A stretch of 32,000 nt of DNA from Candidatus Lokiarchaeum ossiferum (GCA_025839675.1 CP104013.1:5160001-5192000); one strand, 5' to 3'. Positions 1 to 8,929 are shown, counted from the stretch's first letter. A program made the numbers and translations. The notes: generated from the letters alone by a model not told the origin.

Positions 1-479
1 GGTTGTTCTTCTTGCATGATATTGCCACAAATCGGACATTCAAAAGTGGCATTTGTTATTTTTGGTCGAACGACCGAAGATCGAATTATAATCCCCTTTA
101 GAAAAATTAACCGATCAATATGTTTGGCCCGAATCATTCGTAAAGGGACTTCATTGGAATTATTATGAGTTGCAATCTGGACAAAGAAATCTTCATCGGG
201 ATTAAAATAGCCCCCTGCATCGATACGGATGATATTTTTAAAAGATTCCACCGCTTCTTGTAAAGCTTGTTCGGGATTCGTTTTCAGATAATTCGCTAAG
301 GGAGGATCGTAATTGAGGATATCTTCAAATAAAACGGTAATATGGTGTTCCGATCGGGCGTATGCCTCACTGATTTTTTGTCGATATTTAAATTCATTTG
401 GGGTTTCTTCAAAATTCTTAAGAAAATCCTCAAAATCTCCCACAGGATTGGATGGGGGGGCATCAGTTTCTATTACCAT
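1..479 (-). CDS. mcm: MCM replicative helicase, N-terminal part (CDS continues beyond the left edge of the window)
   Basis: Not in the supplied ORF track because there is no stop in the window. My reverse-complement translation from ATG 479..477 is open to position 1: MVIETDAPPSNPVGDFEDFLKNFEETPNEFKYRQKISEAYARSEHHITVLFEDILNYDPPLANYLKTNPEQALQEAVESFKNIIRIDAGGYFNPDEDFFVQIATHNNSNEVPLRMIRAKHIDRLIFLKGIIIRSSVVRPKITNATFECPICGNIMQEEQ. The order YR..I, L.V.FEDIL.YDP.LA..L...P, LR.IR..HI..LI...GII.R.S.V.P, then a C-P-x-C-G zinc motif matches the MCM N-terminal domain. The frame stays open upstream to a GTG at 557..555, preceded by an in-frame TAA, so the true start could be 557. Confidence 0.75.
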   Translation of the reverse strand, partial: MVIETDAPPSNPVGDFEDFLKNFEETPNEFKYRQKISEAYARSEHHITVLFEDILNYDPPLANYLKTNPEQALQEAVESFKNIIRIDAGGYFNPDEDFFVQIATHNNSNEVPLRMIRAKHIDRLIFLKGIIIRSSVVRPKITNATFECPICGNIMQEEQ

Positions 480-819
480 TAATGTATCTCCGATTTTTGT
501 AATAATTATTTTCCGATCGTCAAAGTTATTGTTTTGTCGGAAACTATAATAAATCACTTATTGTTGCATTATTAGGAGTGTATTTTTTCCTTAAATGCAA
601 GCTATGATTAAGTTTAAAAAGAATTGTTAGAGCGGTTGTTTAGTAAAATAGTCAAAGTGAAAATAAATTAAGAATCTTATGATTTTTGAGAGATGATCTT
701 CAAATGATCATATCTACATCGATGACCTAGGTAAGAATTGTTTGGCAAATGTAACTAATTCTTTTTTTAGAATTTTGCATTTTAAAAGTATATTGTATCA
801 AGAGCCTTAATGAAGTTGC

Positions 820-1842
820 GTGGTAGAGATGTCATCGGAAAATAAATCAAATATAAAATCAGAAAAAGAATCCTCACAAGAATCCCCTAAAGCTAGCCCC
901 CTAGATCAAGAAATAGCGAAACTGAAATCCCACGATTTTCGTGTAAAAAACAATGCGATTAAAACTTTGGGAAAGATGAAAGATGCTAAAGCGCGGGAAA
1001 AATTGTTTGAAATTGCCAAATCCGAACATTTTGATGGAAGATTGCGAGTGTCGGCTATAGATTCATTAGGAAGAGGATCAAAAGGAAATGAGTTGTTCCG
1101 TTTACTCCAAGCGCTTGCGGGAGATCCAAAACAAAGTCGAGAAGTTCGTCGAACTTGTATTACTCAACTTACTCGATTCAAAGATCCAAAATCTATACGT
1201 ATCTTTGTCTCTGCCCTTGATGATGAATATAGATTCATCCGGTTCTGGGCAGTTCGAGGTTTAATAAAAATTCAAGATATTAAAGCTACAGTTGGTTTGG
1301 TGAAAGCTTTAGGTGATGAAGATGAAGAAATTCGGAAAGAAGTAAGTGCTCATTTAGAACGTATTGGAGAAGAAGCGGTTCCTGCTCTTATCAAAGCCTT
1401 TAACAACCCTGAAGCGAACAAATTCCTAAAGTATGGAGTGATGGGATTGCTGAAACGGATTCCGTCACAAAAATCTTTTGAAGCCCTTGTAAAAGCCCTT
1501 GAAGATGAAAATGATCGTGTTGTGACTATTGCCATCCGTGGATTGGGAAAATCGAATAATCCCGATGCAATTCGTCCTTTAATTCATTTATATAAAACAA
1601 ATGAGCGCAAAAGAAGATTGATTGAAGATGCTTTATTTAGGATCGGTCAAGAAAATCCCAAGATATTGGTGATTATGTTGGCTGCCCTTTTATTGGAAGA
1701 AGATCAAAGCCTTCCTGCTATGGCGATGTCATTATTTGCTAAAATTCCTCAAAGTTATATTCAGTTGGGAGATATTGCGAGTGATAAAGAATTAAATGAA
1801 GACTTTCGTGCAAAGATCAAGAAAGTTATGGAACAATTATAA
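820..1842 (+). CDS. HEAT / PBS-lyase-type repeat protein
   Basis: 340-aa ORF (GTG 820; alternative ATG 829). It has repeated ~30-aa helical units, e.g. VKNNAIKTLGKMKDAKAREKL, LRVSAIDSLGRG, FIRFWAVRGLIKIQDIKATVGLVKALGDEDEEIRKEVSAHL and ALVKALEDENDRVVTIAIRGLGKSNNPDAIRPLIHLY. These fit the A-x-x-x-L-G...D...A-V-x-x-L-x-x-A-L-x-D-x-x-x-x-V-R pattern of HEAT_2-like repeats. Confidence 0.8.
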   Translation: MVEMSSENKSNIKSEKESSQESPKASPLDQEIAKLKSHDFRVKNNAIKTLGKMKDAKAREKLFEIAKSEHFDGRLRVSAIDSLGRGSKGNELFRLLQALAGDPKQSREVRRTCITQLTRFKDPKSIRIFVSALDDEYRFIRFWAVRGLIKIQDIKATVGLVKALGDEDEEIRKEVSAHLERIGEEAVPALIKAFNNPEANKFLKYGVMGLLKRIPSQKSFEALVKALEDENDRVVTIAIRGLGKSNNPDAIRPLIHLYKTNERKRRLIEDALFRIGQENPKILVIMLAALLLEEDQSLPAMAMSLFAKIPQSYIQLGDIASDKELNEDFRAKIKKVMEQL

Positions 1843-1852
1843 TCATTGCCCA

Positions 1853-1861
1853 TTTTTTTTT
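1853..1861 (+). terminator. Oligo-T tract (T9) directly after the HEAT-repeat gene; candidate archaeal intrinsic terminator
   Basis: The sequence cattttttttttg lies 11 nt after the TAA at 1840-1842. Archaeal RNA polymerase terminates on oligo-T runs (established knowledge). Confidence 0.35.
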
Positions 1862-2003
1862 GAAAGTCTTCTATCTTTTTCCTCATTTATTCCTGTCTAA
1901 AATTTGGTATTAATTTTCATATTTCATACATTTCCTTAGCCTTTACAAATATTAATTTAACAATCTAAAATTTTTATTTATATGAAATCCTAGTAAGTGT
2001 AGA

Positions 2004-3191
2004 GTGCCAAACAAAAAAATTATTCGTCGTGTTCCCCATCTTACCACTACCGAAGAAAAAGAACTTGCTAAATTATTAGATATTGAAACATCCGACGAAA
2101 TTATTGAAGAACCGATTCCTGAAATCAATGAAGAAGATATAATTACTACTCTTCATCTCTCTCCTGCAGGTTATCCAATAAAACCTTTAGATGCTCCAGA
2201 GCGCTCTGAAGTTACGGTAAACAAAGATCTAAGATTATTTCAAGCCTATGCTTCTGAACAATGGGCGGGATTAACGGTTAAACTTGATGATTTTATATTT
2301 GATCAACTCCTTATTCCGGATTTTGCCTTTAAAATTCAAAAAATTATTCCCGCTCATGCTAATAAAATAACTTCCGAAACCAATTTTGTTATCCTTAAAA
2401 AAGATCGCCCTCAGTTACGATTTCAGAAAATTGCCTTCAACGAAATTATTGGAAATGACCAAGCAAAAAACAAGGCTGACATTATCGTTGAATATCTTAA
2501 AAATCCGGATAAGTTTGGGGAATGGGCGCCCAAAAATATCTTGTTTCATGGTCCTCCGGGCACGGGAAAAACGTTAACTGCAAAAGCCATTGCATCGGCA
2601 GCCGATTGCGCTTTTATTGCTAAAAAGGGTACAACTTTAATTGGTTTACATGTGGGAGACGGTGCCTCAAAAATTCATGGTTTATTCGAAGAAGCTCGAA
2701 ATCTTAAACCATCAATCATATTTATTGATGAACTTGATTCAATTGGACTCAATCGGAGCTATCAAAGCGTTCGGGGAGATGTGATTGAAGTTGCCACTGC
2801 ATTGCTGGCTGAACTTGATGGTTTAGATCCTAGTGATGGGGTGATCACTATCGCGGCCACCAATGGGATCGAATTGTTAGATATTGGACTTCGTAATCGC
2901 TTTGAAGAAGAAATAGAATTTCCCCTTCCTAAGGAAGAAGAACGTATTGAAATGTTGGAATTGTTCTGTCAAAAATTACCCCAAAAATATGAAATTGATT
3001 TTGCTCAAATCGCCCGATTAACCGAAGGGTGGAGTGGTCGTGCTTTACATGAAAAATTAGTTAAAATTGTCGTTCATCAAGCCTTCCGTGAAAAAAAGAA
3101 GATCGTTACAACTGCGATGTTGAAATCTATCATCGAGTCTGTAAACAAACAAAGTTCAAGAAAAAATGCACCTTCCGAATTTTTTGCTTAA
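2004..3191 (+). CDS. AAA+ ATPase (single classical AAA module, CDC48/FtsH-like clade) with a unique ~160-aa N-terminal region
   Basis: 395 aa, GTG start. Walker A is GPPGTGKT and Walker B is IIFIDELD. The second region of homology is ATNGIELLDIGLRNRFEEEIEFPLP. I recognise no motif in the acidic N-terminal region. Confidence 0.85.
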   Translation: MPNKKIIRRVPHLTTTEEKELAKLLDIETSDEIIEEPIPEINEEDIITTLHLSPAGYPIKPLDAPERSEVTVNKDLRLFQAYASEQWAGLTVKLDDFIFDQLLIPDFAFKIQKIIPAHANKITSETNFVILKKDRPQLRFQKIAFNEIIGNDQAKNKADIIVEYLKNPDKFGEWAPKNILFHGPPGTGKTLTAKAIASAADCAFIAKKGTTLIGLHVGDGASKIHGLFEEARNLKPSIIFIDELDSIGLNRSYQSVRGDVIEVATALLAELDGLDPSDGVITIAATNGIELLDIGLRNRFEEEIEFPLPKEEERIEMLELFCQKLPQKYEIDFAQIARLTEGWSGRALHEKLVKIVVHQAFREKKKIVTTAMLKSIIESVNKQSSRKNAPSEFFA

Positions 3192-3244
3192 TTTTTCTCT
3201 TTTTGTAAAAAAAACTTTAATAATGTCTTTCTTTAACCGTACCC

Positions 3245-3817
3245 ATGAAATTTGCCATTGTGCTATATGATGATTGGAGTGATTTTGAAGTCACTATTTT
3301 AACTTTGCTTTTTCGGAAATATGCTGATATGATAACCATTGGTTTTGGCCCTAAACAGTATGTTAGTGAAGGACAATTCAAAATTTTAGTTGATAAAAAA
3401 ATTTCTGAAGTGGATCCAAACGATCTGGACTTTATTGTGATTCCTGGAGGAGATCCTGTCAAATATTTGAGTGACCATCCTGAAACTCAACCCGAATTTG
3501 AGGCCCTAAATTCTTTATTACACACCTTAAATGATCAAAAAAAGTTGATTGCGGCAATCTGCGGGGGTCCTGTATTTGTATATAAGTGTGGGCTCTTGAA
3601 AAATAAAACTTGGACTAGTGGGATAGGGAAGGAGGATCAAGAAGACTATCCCGATGGTAATAACACTGATGGGGTGATAGAAGTCGATGGGAATCTGATC
3701 ACTTCTAAAGGGAATGCTTATGTGGAATTTGCGGTTGAAGTGGCTAAATGGATGAAGTTATTCAAATCTGAGGGAGAAATCATACAGGATATGAAATGGC
3801 TAAAAAATCAGCAATAG
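3245..3817 (+). CDS. DJ-1/PfpI family (class I glutamine-amidotransferase-like) protein
   Basis: 190 aa. FIVIPGG strand-turn, nucleophile-elbow motif LIAAICGGPVF, and a C-terminal ITSKGNAYVEFA segment; length and motif order are typical of DJ-1/PfpI. Confidence 0.75.
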   Translation: MKFAIVLYDDWSDFEVTILTLLFRKYADMITIGFGPKQYVSEGQFKILVDKKISEVDPNDLDFIVIPGGDPVKYLSDHPETQPEFEALNSLLHTLNDQKKLIAAICGGPVFVYKCGLLKNKTWTSGIGKEDQEDYPDGNNTDGVIEVDGNLITSKGNAYVEFAVEVAKWMKLFKSEGEIIQDMKWLKNQQ

Positions 3818-3848
3818 TTTTTTATTGTTTTCTTTTCTGTTCATAATC

Positions 3849-4106
3849 ATGGTTCATGAAAAGTCAATCTTAAGTGGTATTCGGCGGAAATATCTTCTGG
3901 CCTATATTCAATCGCTCTGTGAAAACTCTAAGGATGATACTTTTTTTTTTGGACCTGGATGGGAAATTGAAGTACAAGAAGAACAAGCTAAATCTACGGG
4001 CATTGTTAACTTAACGAAAACTTTAGTAATTTTTCGGGGAGATTCAACCATCATTGATCCAATTATGTATCGATTTCGAATGGAATTTCTTTCAGCCGGA
4101 GGTTAA
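3849..4106 (+). CDS. Hypothetical small protein ending in Gly-Gly
   Basis: The track ORF starts at TTG 3825; the first ATG at 3849 gives 85 aa (MVHEKSILSGIRRKYLL...RFRMEFLSAGG-stop). It lies 8-30 nt after the DJ-1 gene on the same strand. No family recognised. Confidence 0.45.
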   Translation: MVHEKSILSGIRRKYLLAYIQSLCENSKDDTFFFGPGWEIEVQEEQAKSTGIVNLTKTLVIFRGDSTIIDPIMYRFRMEFLSAGG

Positions 4107-4121
4107 CACTTCAATTTTTAC

Positions 4122-4700
4122 TTAATCGGCCAAACCAAGATGAATCAAATGTAAAATGATAATTCCAAGAAAAATAATGATATTAACATGCGATTTGTAG
4201 AGATTTTTCCATAGTTTTTTATGCTTTTTCATAAATGGAAAATTAATTTTAGTTAGGATTCCAGAAAGGAAATAAAATAGATACAGCACAGTTGTAACTA
4301 TCCCCAGAATGACAGTACTGAAATCTTGTCTTAAAAAAAGGATTCCGTGGATAATTATCGTTCCTAATCCCAATAATCCCGCAGAATAGTGAGTTATCAG
4401 TAGAGGTTTTCTGAATTTTGTTAGAAAAAATTTGATACCTGTTTTGATTTGATTGACTAATTTATTTTCAAATTCTCGCTTTCGTAACAGTTTTTGGAGC
4501 TGGAATAGTAAAATATAGATGGAGGCAATGATGAAACTCACTCCAGAAATTGTGCCCAAAGTTTCTGCAAGATCATTTTCATCTCCCTCTCTGTCGTCAT
4601 CCAAAGCCAGTGTTGTATTCAAGGCGCCAAAAAAAAGCAGTAGGGTGACACAACCTACTAATAGAGGTTGGTTAATGAAGGGTTTTTGATAAGTCATCAT
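4122..4700 (-). CDS. Hypothetical integral membrane protein (about 5 hydrophobic helices)
   Basis: 192 aa with long hydrophobic stretches (LLVGCVTLLLFFGAL, VSFIIASIYILLF, LLGLGTIIIHGILFL, ILGIVTTVLYLFYFLSGIL, IIIFLGIIILHLIHL). No family recognised. Confidence 0.6.
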   Translation of the reverse strand: MMTYQKPFINQPLLVGCVTLLLFFGALNTTLALDDDREGDENDLAETLGTISGVSFIIASIYILLFQLQKLLRKREFENKLVNQIKTGIKFFLTKFRKPLLITHYSAGLLGLGTIIIHGILFLRQDFSTVILGIVTTVLYLFYFLSGILTKINFPFMKKHKKLWKNLYKSHVNIIIFLGIIILHLIHLGLAD

Positions 4701-4852
4701 ACAGTAAATTACCTTTGTCTCCTATTGCTATTAGAATATTTCTGTTTTTGGTGAAATTTATGCTAATTTCATGAATTAAACAATGAATTTTGCTTCAAGG
4801 CAAAAAAAAAATCTTCTTTCATTCGGATAATCATATTGATGAAATTAAACAT

Positions 4853-5785
4853 TTATAATTTCTTGGCTTGCACATTGACACTGATAATGGATTCTTTAAT
4901 CCCATCGAGGTCTTCAAACGATAAATTATGCTCAATTTCTTTCCCTCCAACAACGATTTTTGGTTTATTATCCTTTTTCTTATCAGCGTGTTTAGTCAAT
5001 GATCCTGTAGTCCTTTCTGAAATGATTTCTACATCTGAAAATCCCGCTTCTTTAATACTACCAAGATAATCTTCTTTCAACATAGCTCCTGCCACACATC
5101 CGACATAACTTGCAATGGAATCTTTCACTCTTTCTGGAAGTTCTTTAGTTAAAATGATATCCGAAATCATCATGCGTCCTCCTAATTTAAGCACTCTATA
5201 TGCTTCCCGAAAAACTTGATCTTTATTTGTTGATAAATTTATGACACAATTTGAGATGATTAAATCCACGGAATTATCGGCAATAGGAAGGTGTTCAATT
5301 TCTCCTAATCGAAATTCAACATTTTTGAAGGTCGAATCTATAAGACCGCTCCGTGCTCGTTCTAGCATTTGAGGTGTCATATCCACACCGATTACATGAC
5401 CGGTTGGACCGACCTTTTTAGCCGCTAAAAAACAGTCAATTCCCCCTCCCGATCCGAGATCAACCACTACTTCCCCCTCTTGGATAGAGGCAAGAGCGGT
5501 TGGATTACCACATCCTAATCCTAAATTTGCGAGATCTGGAATACTACTGAGTTCATCTTCCGAATATCCTAATATTTTAGCTTGTTCTACCATAGTAATT
5601 ACGTGTTGATTTCCAGAACATCCGCAACCTTGATTTAGTTGTTCCGCCACTGATCCATATCCATCCCGAATTGATTTTTTAATCATTATATCATTGGATA
5701 GATCAAGCTTATCGGATAATTTTGGGGTATCTTGGGATTTCTGTCCTCCACAACAGGGACTATTTGTATCATTTCTGTTTGACAT
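4853..5785 (-). CDS. arsM: Arsenite S-adenosylmethionine methyltransferase (ArsM/AS3MT family)
   Basis: 310 aa. SAM motif I is [39 protein letters not shown], followed by [55 protein letters not shown]. Cysteines sit where ArsM has its As(III)-binding residues: N-terminal SPCCGG and GCGCSG, then SNCVINL and YVGCVAGA. Confidence 0.85.
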   Translation of the reverse strand: MSNRNDTNSPCCGGQKSQDTPKLSDKLDLSNDIMIKKSIRDGYGSVAEQLNQGCGCSGNQHVITMVEQAKILGYSEDELSSIPDLANLGLGCGNPTALASIQEGEVVVDLGSGGGIDCFLAAKKVGPTGHVIGVDMTPQMLERARSGLIDSTFKNVEFRLGEIEHLPIADNSVDLIISNCVINLSTNKDQVFREAYRVLKLGGRMMISDIILTKELPERVKDSIASYVGCVAGAMLKEDYLGSIKEAGFSDVEIISERTTGSLTKHADKKKDNKPKIVVGGKEIEHNLSFEDLDGIKESIISVNVQAKKL

Positions 5786-5809
5786 GTTAATTTTCCTCTA
5801 TTTTTTAAA

Positions 5810-5883
5810 GAATATTCAAAAACTATATTCCTTATGAATATTCTATATGGGGAATATTTATAAATATTTTCTATGGAATATTC
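5810..5883. promoter_or_regulatory. Divergent arsM/padR control region: three GAATATTC palindromes plus a perfect 16-bp palindrome over a TATA-like box
   Basis: GAATATTC occurs at 5810-5817, 5836-5843 and 5876-5883. AATATTTATAAATATT at 5853-5868 is its own reverse complement and contains TTTATAAA (5857-5864). GAATATTCTAT(A/G)TG is a direct repeat at 5836 and 5876. Confidence 0.5.
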
Positions 5884-5927
5884 TATGTGAATACAAATTC
5901 GCGAAATTTAATTTTGCTGTGAAAACT

Positions 5928-6296
5928 ATGTTCGGTAAAAACTTAGAAATTACACCTACGGAAGCCATTTTTCTCCTTGTTTTAAAGAAACAGGATTCAA
6001 TTTCTGGTTCTGAAATTGTCGAGTCAATTTCTTCTAATTTAGGGTCAGATTGGGTACCTACACCTGGTGCAACTTATAAAATCATTCGTTCATTGGAAAA
6101 TAAAGGTTTTATTGAAGAGACAACGGGCTCTGAAGGTCGGAAAGATCAACGCATTCGAACATATTCCCTTTCTTCTGCTGGAAAATCAATAGTTCCTAAA
6201 GTTTCAGAACGATTTCGTAAAGTGGTCTTATTCATGGATTCTTGTTGTCCAGGCTGTTGTGATGGAATAATTGTTATTCGGAGAAAAAAAACATAA
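5928..6296 (+). CDS. PadR-family winged-helix transcriptional regulator with a C-terminal Cys-rich tail (CCPGCC)
   Basis: The core ...LVLKKQDSISGSEIVESISSNLGSDWVPTPGATYKIIRSLENKGFIEE...RIRTYSLSSAGK matches the PadR pattern (G.EI...I......W.PS.GT.Y..L..LE..G.I....R..Y.LT..G). The track ORF starts at 5847, but that ATG lies inside the palindrome/TATA cluster. I therefore prefer the in-frame ATG at 5928 (122 aa). Confidence 0.7.
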   Translation: MFGKNLEITPTEAIFLLVLKKQDSISGSEIVESISSNLGSDWVPTPGATYKIIRSLENKGFIEETTGSEGRKDQRIRTYSLSSAGKSIVPKVSERFRKVVLFMDSCCPGCCDGIIVIRRKKT

Positions 6297-6415
6297 AATG
6301 CTTTCTTCTGAATATGTTCGACATGTTTTCCACTTCTGGGTTGTGTGAATTTGAAAAAATTTATTTCCCATGTGAATTTTACCTACATAGATATCAAGCC
6401 TAATTTTTCAAACGT

Positions 6416-6492
6416 GGGAAAGTGGTCTAGCTTGGTATGATACTCGGCTGGGGGCCGAGTGGTCGTGCGTTCGAATCGTGCCTTTCCCACCA
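6416..6492 (+). tRNA. tRNA-Pro (anticodon GGG), CCA encoded
   Basis: Hand-folded cloverleaf. Acceptor GGGAAAG (6416-6422) pairs with CTTTCCC (6482-6488), followed by discriminator A and CCA (6490-6492). Anticodon stem is CTCGG/CCGAG with loop C-U-GGG-G-G; G37 is as expected for tRNA-Pro. T arm is GTGCG-TTCGAAT-CGTGC (with G-U pairs). The D loop carries the GG dinucleotide. Confidence 0.9.
6478..6492. repeat. attL core (15 bp, identical to attR core)
   Basis: GTGCCTTTCCCACCA, the last 15 nt of tRNA-Pro including the CCA. Confidence 0.7.
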
Positions 6493-6495
6493 TTT

Positions 6496-6523
6496 TTGTC
6501 CTCCCATTTGTGCGGACATTTCG
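6496..6523. repeat. 28-bp sub-terminal repeat, left copy (candidate integrase or accessory-protein arm site)
   Basis: TTGTCCTCCCATTTGTGCGGACATTTCG matches 14611-14638 at 25/28 positions. It contains the inverted repeat TGTCC-N12-GGACA (6497-6501 / 6514-6518). Confidence 0.6.
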
Positions 6524-7123
6524 AATTTGAAAATAAAGTAATTTCAGTAGGGAAAAAACTGGTCAAATAAAATCAATTTTTCATTCCAGGAACGAAATTT
6601 TTTAAGATAGTGGAAGGAATTAACTGATCCTGGTTTTTGATTTAGGAGAATTGCTCTATTTGATTCTAACATATTTAAATCAAACCATCGAGTATTTATC
6701 GCAGTCAAGAAAGTCTATTATAAAGAAGATAATAAATTTACATTACGGGCTAAAGATTTCGAGATTAAACATGTTGGAATCAAGAAATCAGAAGTTATTT
6801 TTGCTTTTGTGTAAATATCCTTGAACATCGAATGATATAACTCTAAGTTCCTTACGTTTCGCATTTGATTTGCTTTTTTCCCTTTGTTTTAGGTCAGCAA
6901 GTAGTTTTCATGAATGCGACTATATTATATTAATAATATAGGGGTTGTTCGAATGTCCAACCACGGGAAGAAAAAGGGGCTCACATTGACTTGAAATACC
7001 AAGGGAGATGTACATTAAATCAATTGATTGTATTAATGTCCTTATAAATGAAATCTGCAAAAATTTTCAAGTTTTCGAAATTTTTGGAAAATTTTTAAGA
7101 TAGAAAAATGAATAATTAAGCAA

Positions 7124-7954
7124 ATGATGAACTCATCTTTCTTTGAAACCTTCTCACTTTACAAAAAATTGGCTTTGGGAACAGATTTCGACCCAAAATC
7201 TAAGAATTTAGATCAATTTACTCTTACTATGGATTGCAAAAATTGTAATTCTAAACAAACTTTCACTCAAATAACTTGTGAAAGATTATATGATGGTGAA
7301 ATAACAAGTGTTCGGGTTGGTTCTTCACAATTTACGGGATTACACAATGAAATTCGACTTATTAAATTTCGATGTGCGAAATGCAATAATTTCCATCGCT
7401 TTTTTATAATATATTTTGATGATAGTTTGGATTATGTGATGAAAATCGGACAATATCCTCCTTGGGATATCAGTATAAGTAAAGAAATGAAAGAAGTTTT
7501 AGAAAAAACAGATTTGAAATATTTCAAAAATGGATTAATTTGCGAATCGCAAGGATATGGAATAGGAGCATTTGCATATTATCGCAGAATTGTTGAAAAT
7601 TCAATTGAAAAATTACTCAAACTTATCCCAAATCTAATGACAGGTGATGAGAAAGCCAAATTTGAAAATGCCTTGGTTCAAGTTGAAAAAACTAGAGTTA
7701 CTGAACAAAAAATTGAACTGGTAAAAGATTTATTGCCTCCAACTCTAAGACCAAATTCTTATAATCCATTAAAAATATTACATAGCCAATTAAGCATTGG
7801 ATTGCATAGTTCTTCAGAAGAAGAATGCTTGGAAATTGCTTTACAAATACGTAGCGTTTTAGAATTCTTTATAAAACGTTTACTACAAACTAGAAAAGAA
7901 AACCAAGAATTCACGGAAAATATGAAGAAATTACTAAAGAAAAGAATTAGTTGA
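7124..7954 (+). CDS. Hypothetical protein: N-terminal zinc ribbon (CxxC...CxxC) plus C-terminal all-helical domain (possibly DUF4145/HEPN-like)
   Basis: 276 aa. CKNC (MDCKNCNSKQTF) and CAKC (FRCAKCNNFHRFF) lie about 45 residues apart. The helical part, starting at GYGIGAFAYYRRIVENSIEKLLKLI and ending LKILHSQLSIGLHSSSEEECLEIALQIRSVLEFFIKRL, recalls from memory the DUF4145 layout. This is not verified. Confidence 0.6.
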   Translation: MMNSSFFETFSLYKKLALGTDFDPKSKNLDQFTLTMDCKNCNSKQTFTQITCERLYDGEITSVRVGSSQFTGLHNEIRLIKFRCAKCNNFHRFFIIYFDDSLDYVMKIGQYPPWDISISKEMKEVLEKTDLKYFKNGLICESQGYGIGAFAYYRRIVENSIEKLLKLIPNLMTGDEKAKFENALVQVEKTRVTEQKIELVKDLLPPTLRPNSYNPLKILHSQLSIGLHSSSEEECLEIALQIRSVLEFFIKRLLQTRKENQEFTENMKKLLKKRIS

Positions 7955-8125
7955 TATTATTTTGTTTATTCTATACGTTAAGAAATTAAAAAAACCATGT
8001 GGACACATTTTGTTATTTTTTTTTCCTCTGTTAAAAATCCTAACTACTGTATAGGAAGTTCGGATTTTTGAAAATTTAACTCGGTTTCATAACTGAATTT
8101 CTGATGGTAGGAAGTGTGAAAAGTT

Positions 8126-8929
8126 ATGATTTCTGAAAGTGATAACTACCAGGGCAATTTGATCCAAAGTATATATAGTGCAAATCCAGATTTAGAAAAG
8201 ACCTATAAAATCAAAAAAATCAAATTTGCTATGAATGAAGCCCAAAGAGAAGAATTGTTAAAGATTGCTTATGAACGAAACTTCAAGCATGGTTTAATGA
8301 TTAAAACTCAATTGGAACTCGGACTTCGAGTGAATGAACTGGTAAATATGGGAATTGAACAAATCAATTTTAACCAAAGATTAATTATTATCAACTCCCG
8401 AGAAGGTTCAAAATATCTCAAAGCATTCAAAACTAAGACAAAATCAAGTAATAGAATAATACCTTTAGGATACAAATTAGCGAAGGAACTTAAAGCCTAT
8501 ATTGGAAATCGGAAAACAGGATATGTTTTTGTTTCGAATAAAGGAGGTGGGTTTATAAAAAATAGTGTAATTGATTTTATCAATAAATACTCAAACCTTT
8601 GTGTTTCCTTGCCAGTAAATCAAAAGGGTAATAAAAACATAGGCTCCCATATTCTAAGACGAACTTTTGCCTCCTATATTATCAATAATGGAATTACAAT
8701 TGATAAACTTTCTAAAGTATTAGGACACGCCTCAATTAGAACAACTATGCTTTATCTATTTGATATTACCACTCTTGATTTTGATGATATGACTAAAGTT
8801 ATAGATAAGATGAATAAAAATTCGCAAAAATACAAACCAAAAATGCGAATTCAAGAAAATAAAACTCGTGGAATTGTTAATAAAAAAGCAATCAACGAAT
8901 TTGTTGATGAATGGGGGAATAAATTATGA
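8126..8929 (+). CDS. int: Tyrosine recombinase / phage-type integrase
   Basis: 267 aa. Catalytic signature in order: GLRVNELVNM (Arg I), HILRRTFAS (H-x-x-R), and LGHASIRTTMLYL (His and the nucleophile Tyr). Confidence 0.9.
   Translation: MISESDNYQGNLIQSIYSANPDLEKTYKIKKIKFAMNEAQREELLKIAYERNFKHGLMIKTQLELGLRVNELVNMGIEQINFNQRLIIINSREGSKYLKAFKTKTKSSNRIIPLGYKLAKELKAYIGNRKTGYVFVSNKGGGFIKNSVIDFINKYSNLCVSLPVNQKGNKNIGSHILRRTFASYIINNGITIDKLSKVLGHASIRTTMLYLFDITTLDFDDMTKVIDKMNKNSQKYKPKMRIQENKTRGIVNKKAINEFVDEWGNKL

Noticed and set aside
313-549. Plus-strand 78-aa ORF from the track
   Set aside because: It lies antisense to a clear MCM N-terminal coding frame on the minus strand. Its sequence is low-complexity with no motif, so it is a shadow ORF.
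6923-6942. AT-only inverted repeat TATATTA-N6-TAATATA
   Set aside because: It is composed solely of A/T in a very AT-rich spacer, so chance occurrence is likely.
6943-6962. T-arm-like hairpin GGTTG-TTCGAATGTC-CAACC in the left spacer of the element
   Set aside because: The loop is 10 nt rather than 7, and there is no surrounding cloverleaf. An isolated 5-bp stem is too weak to call.
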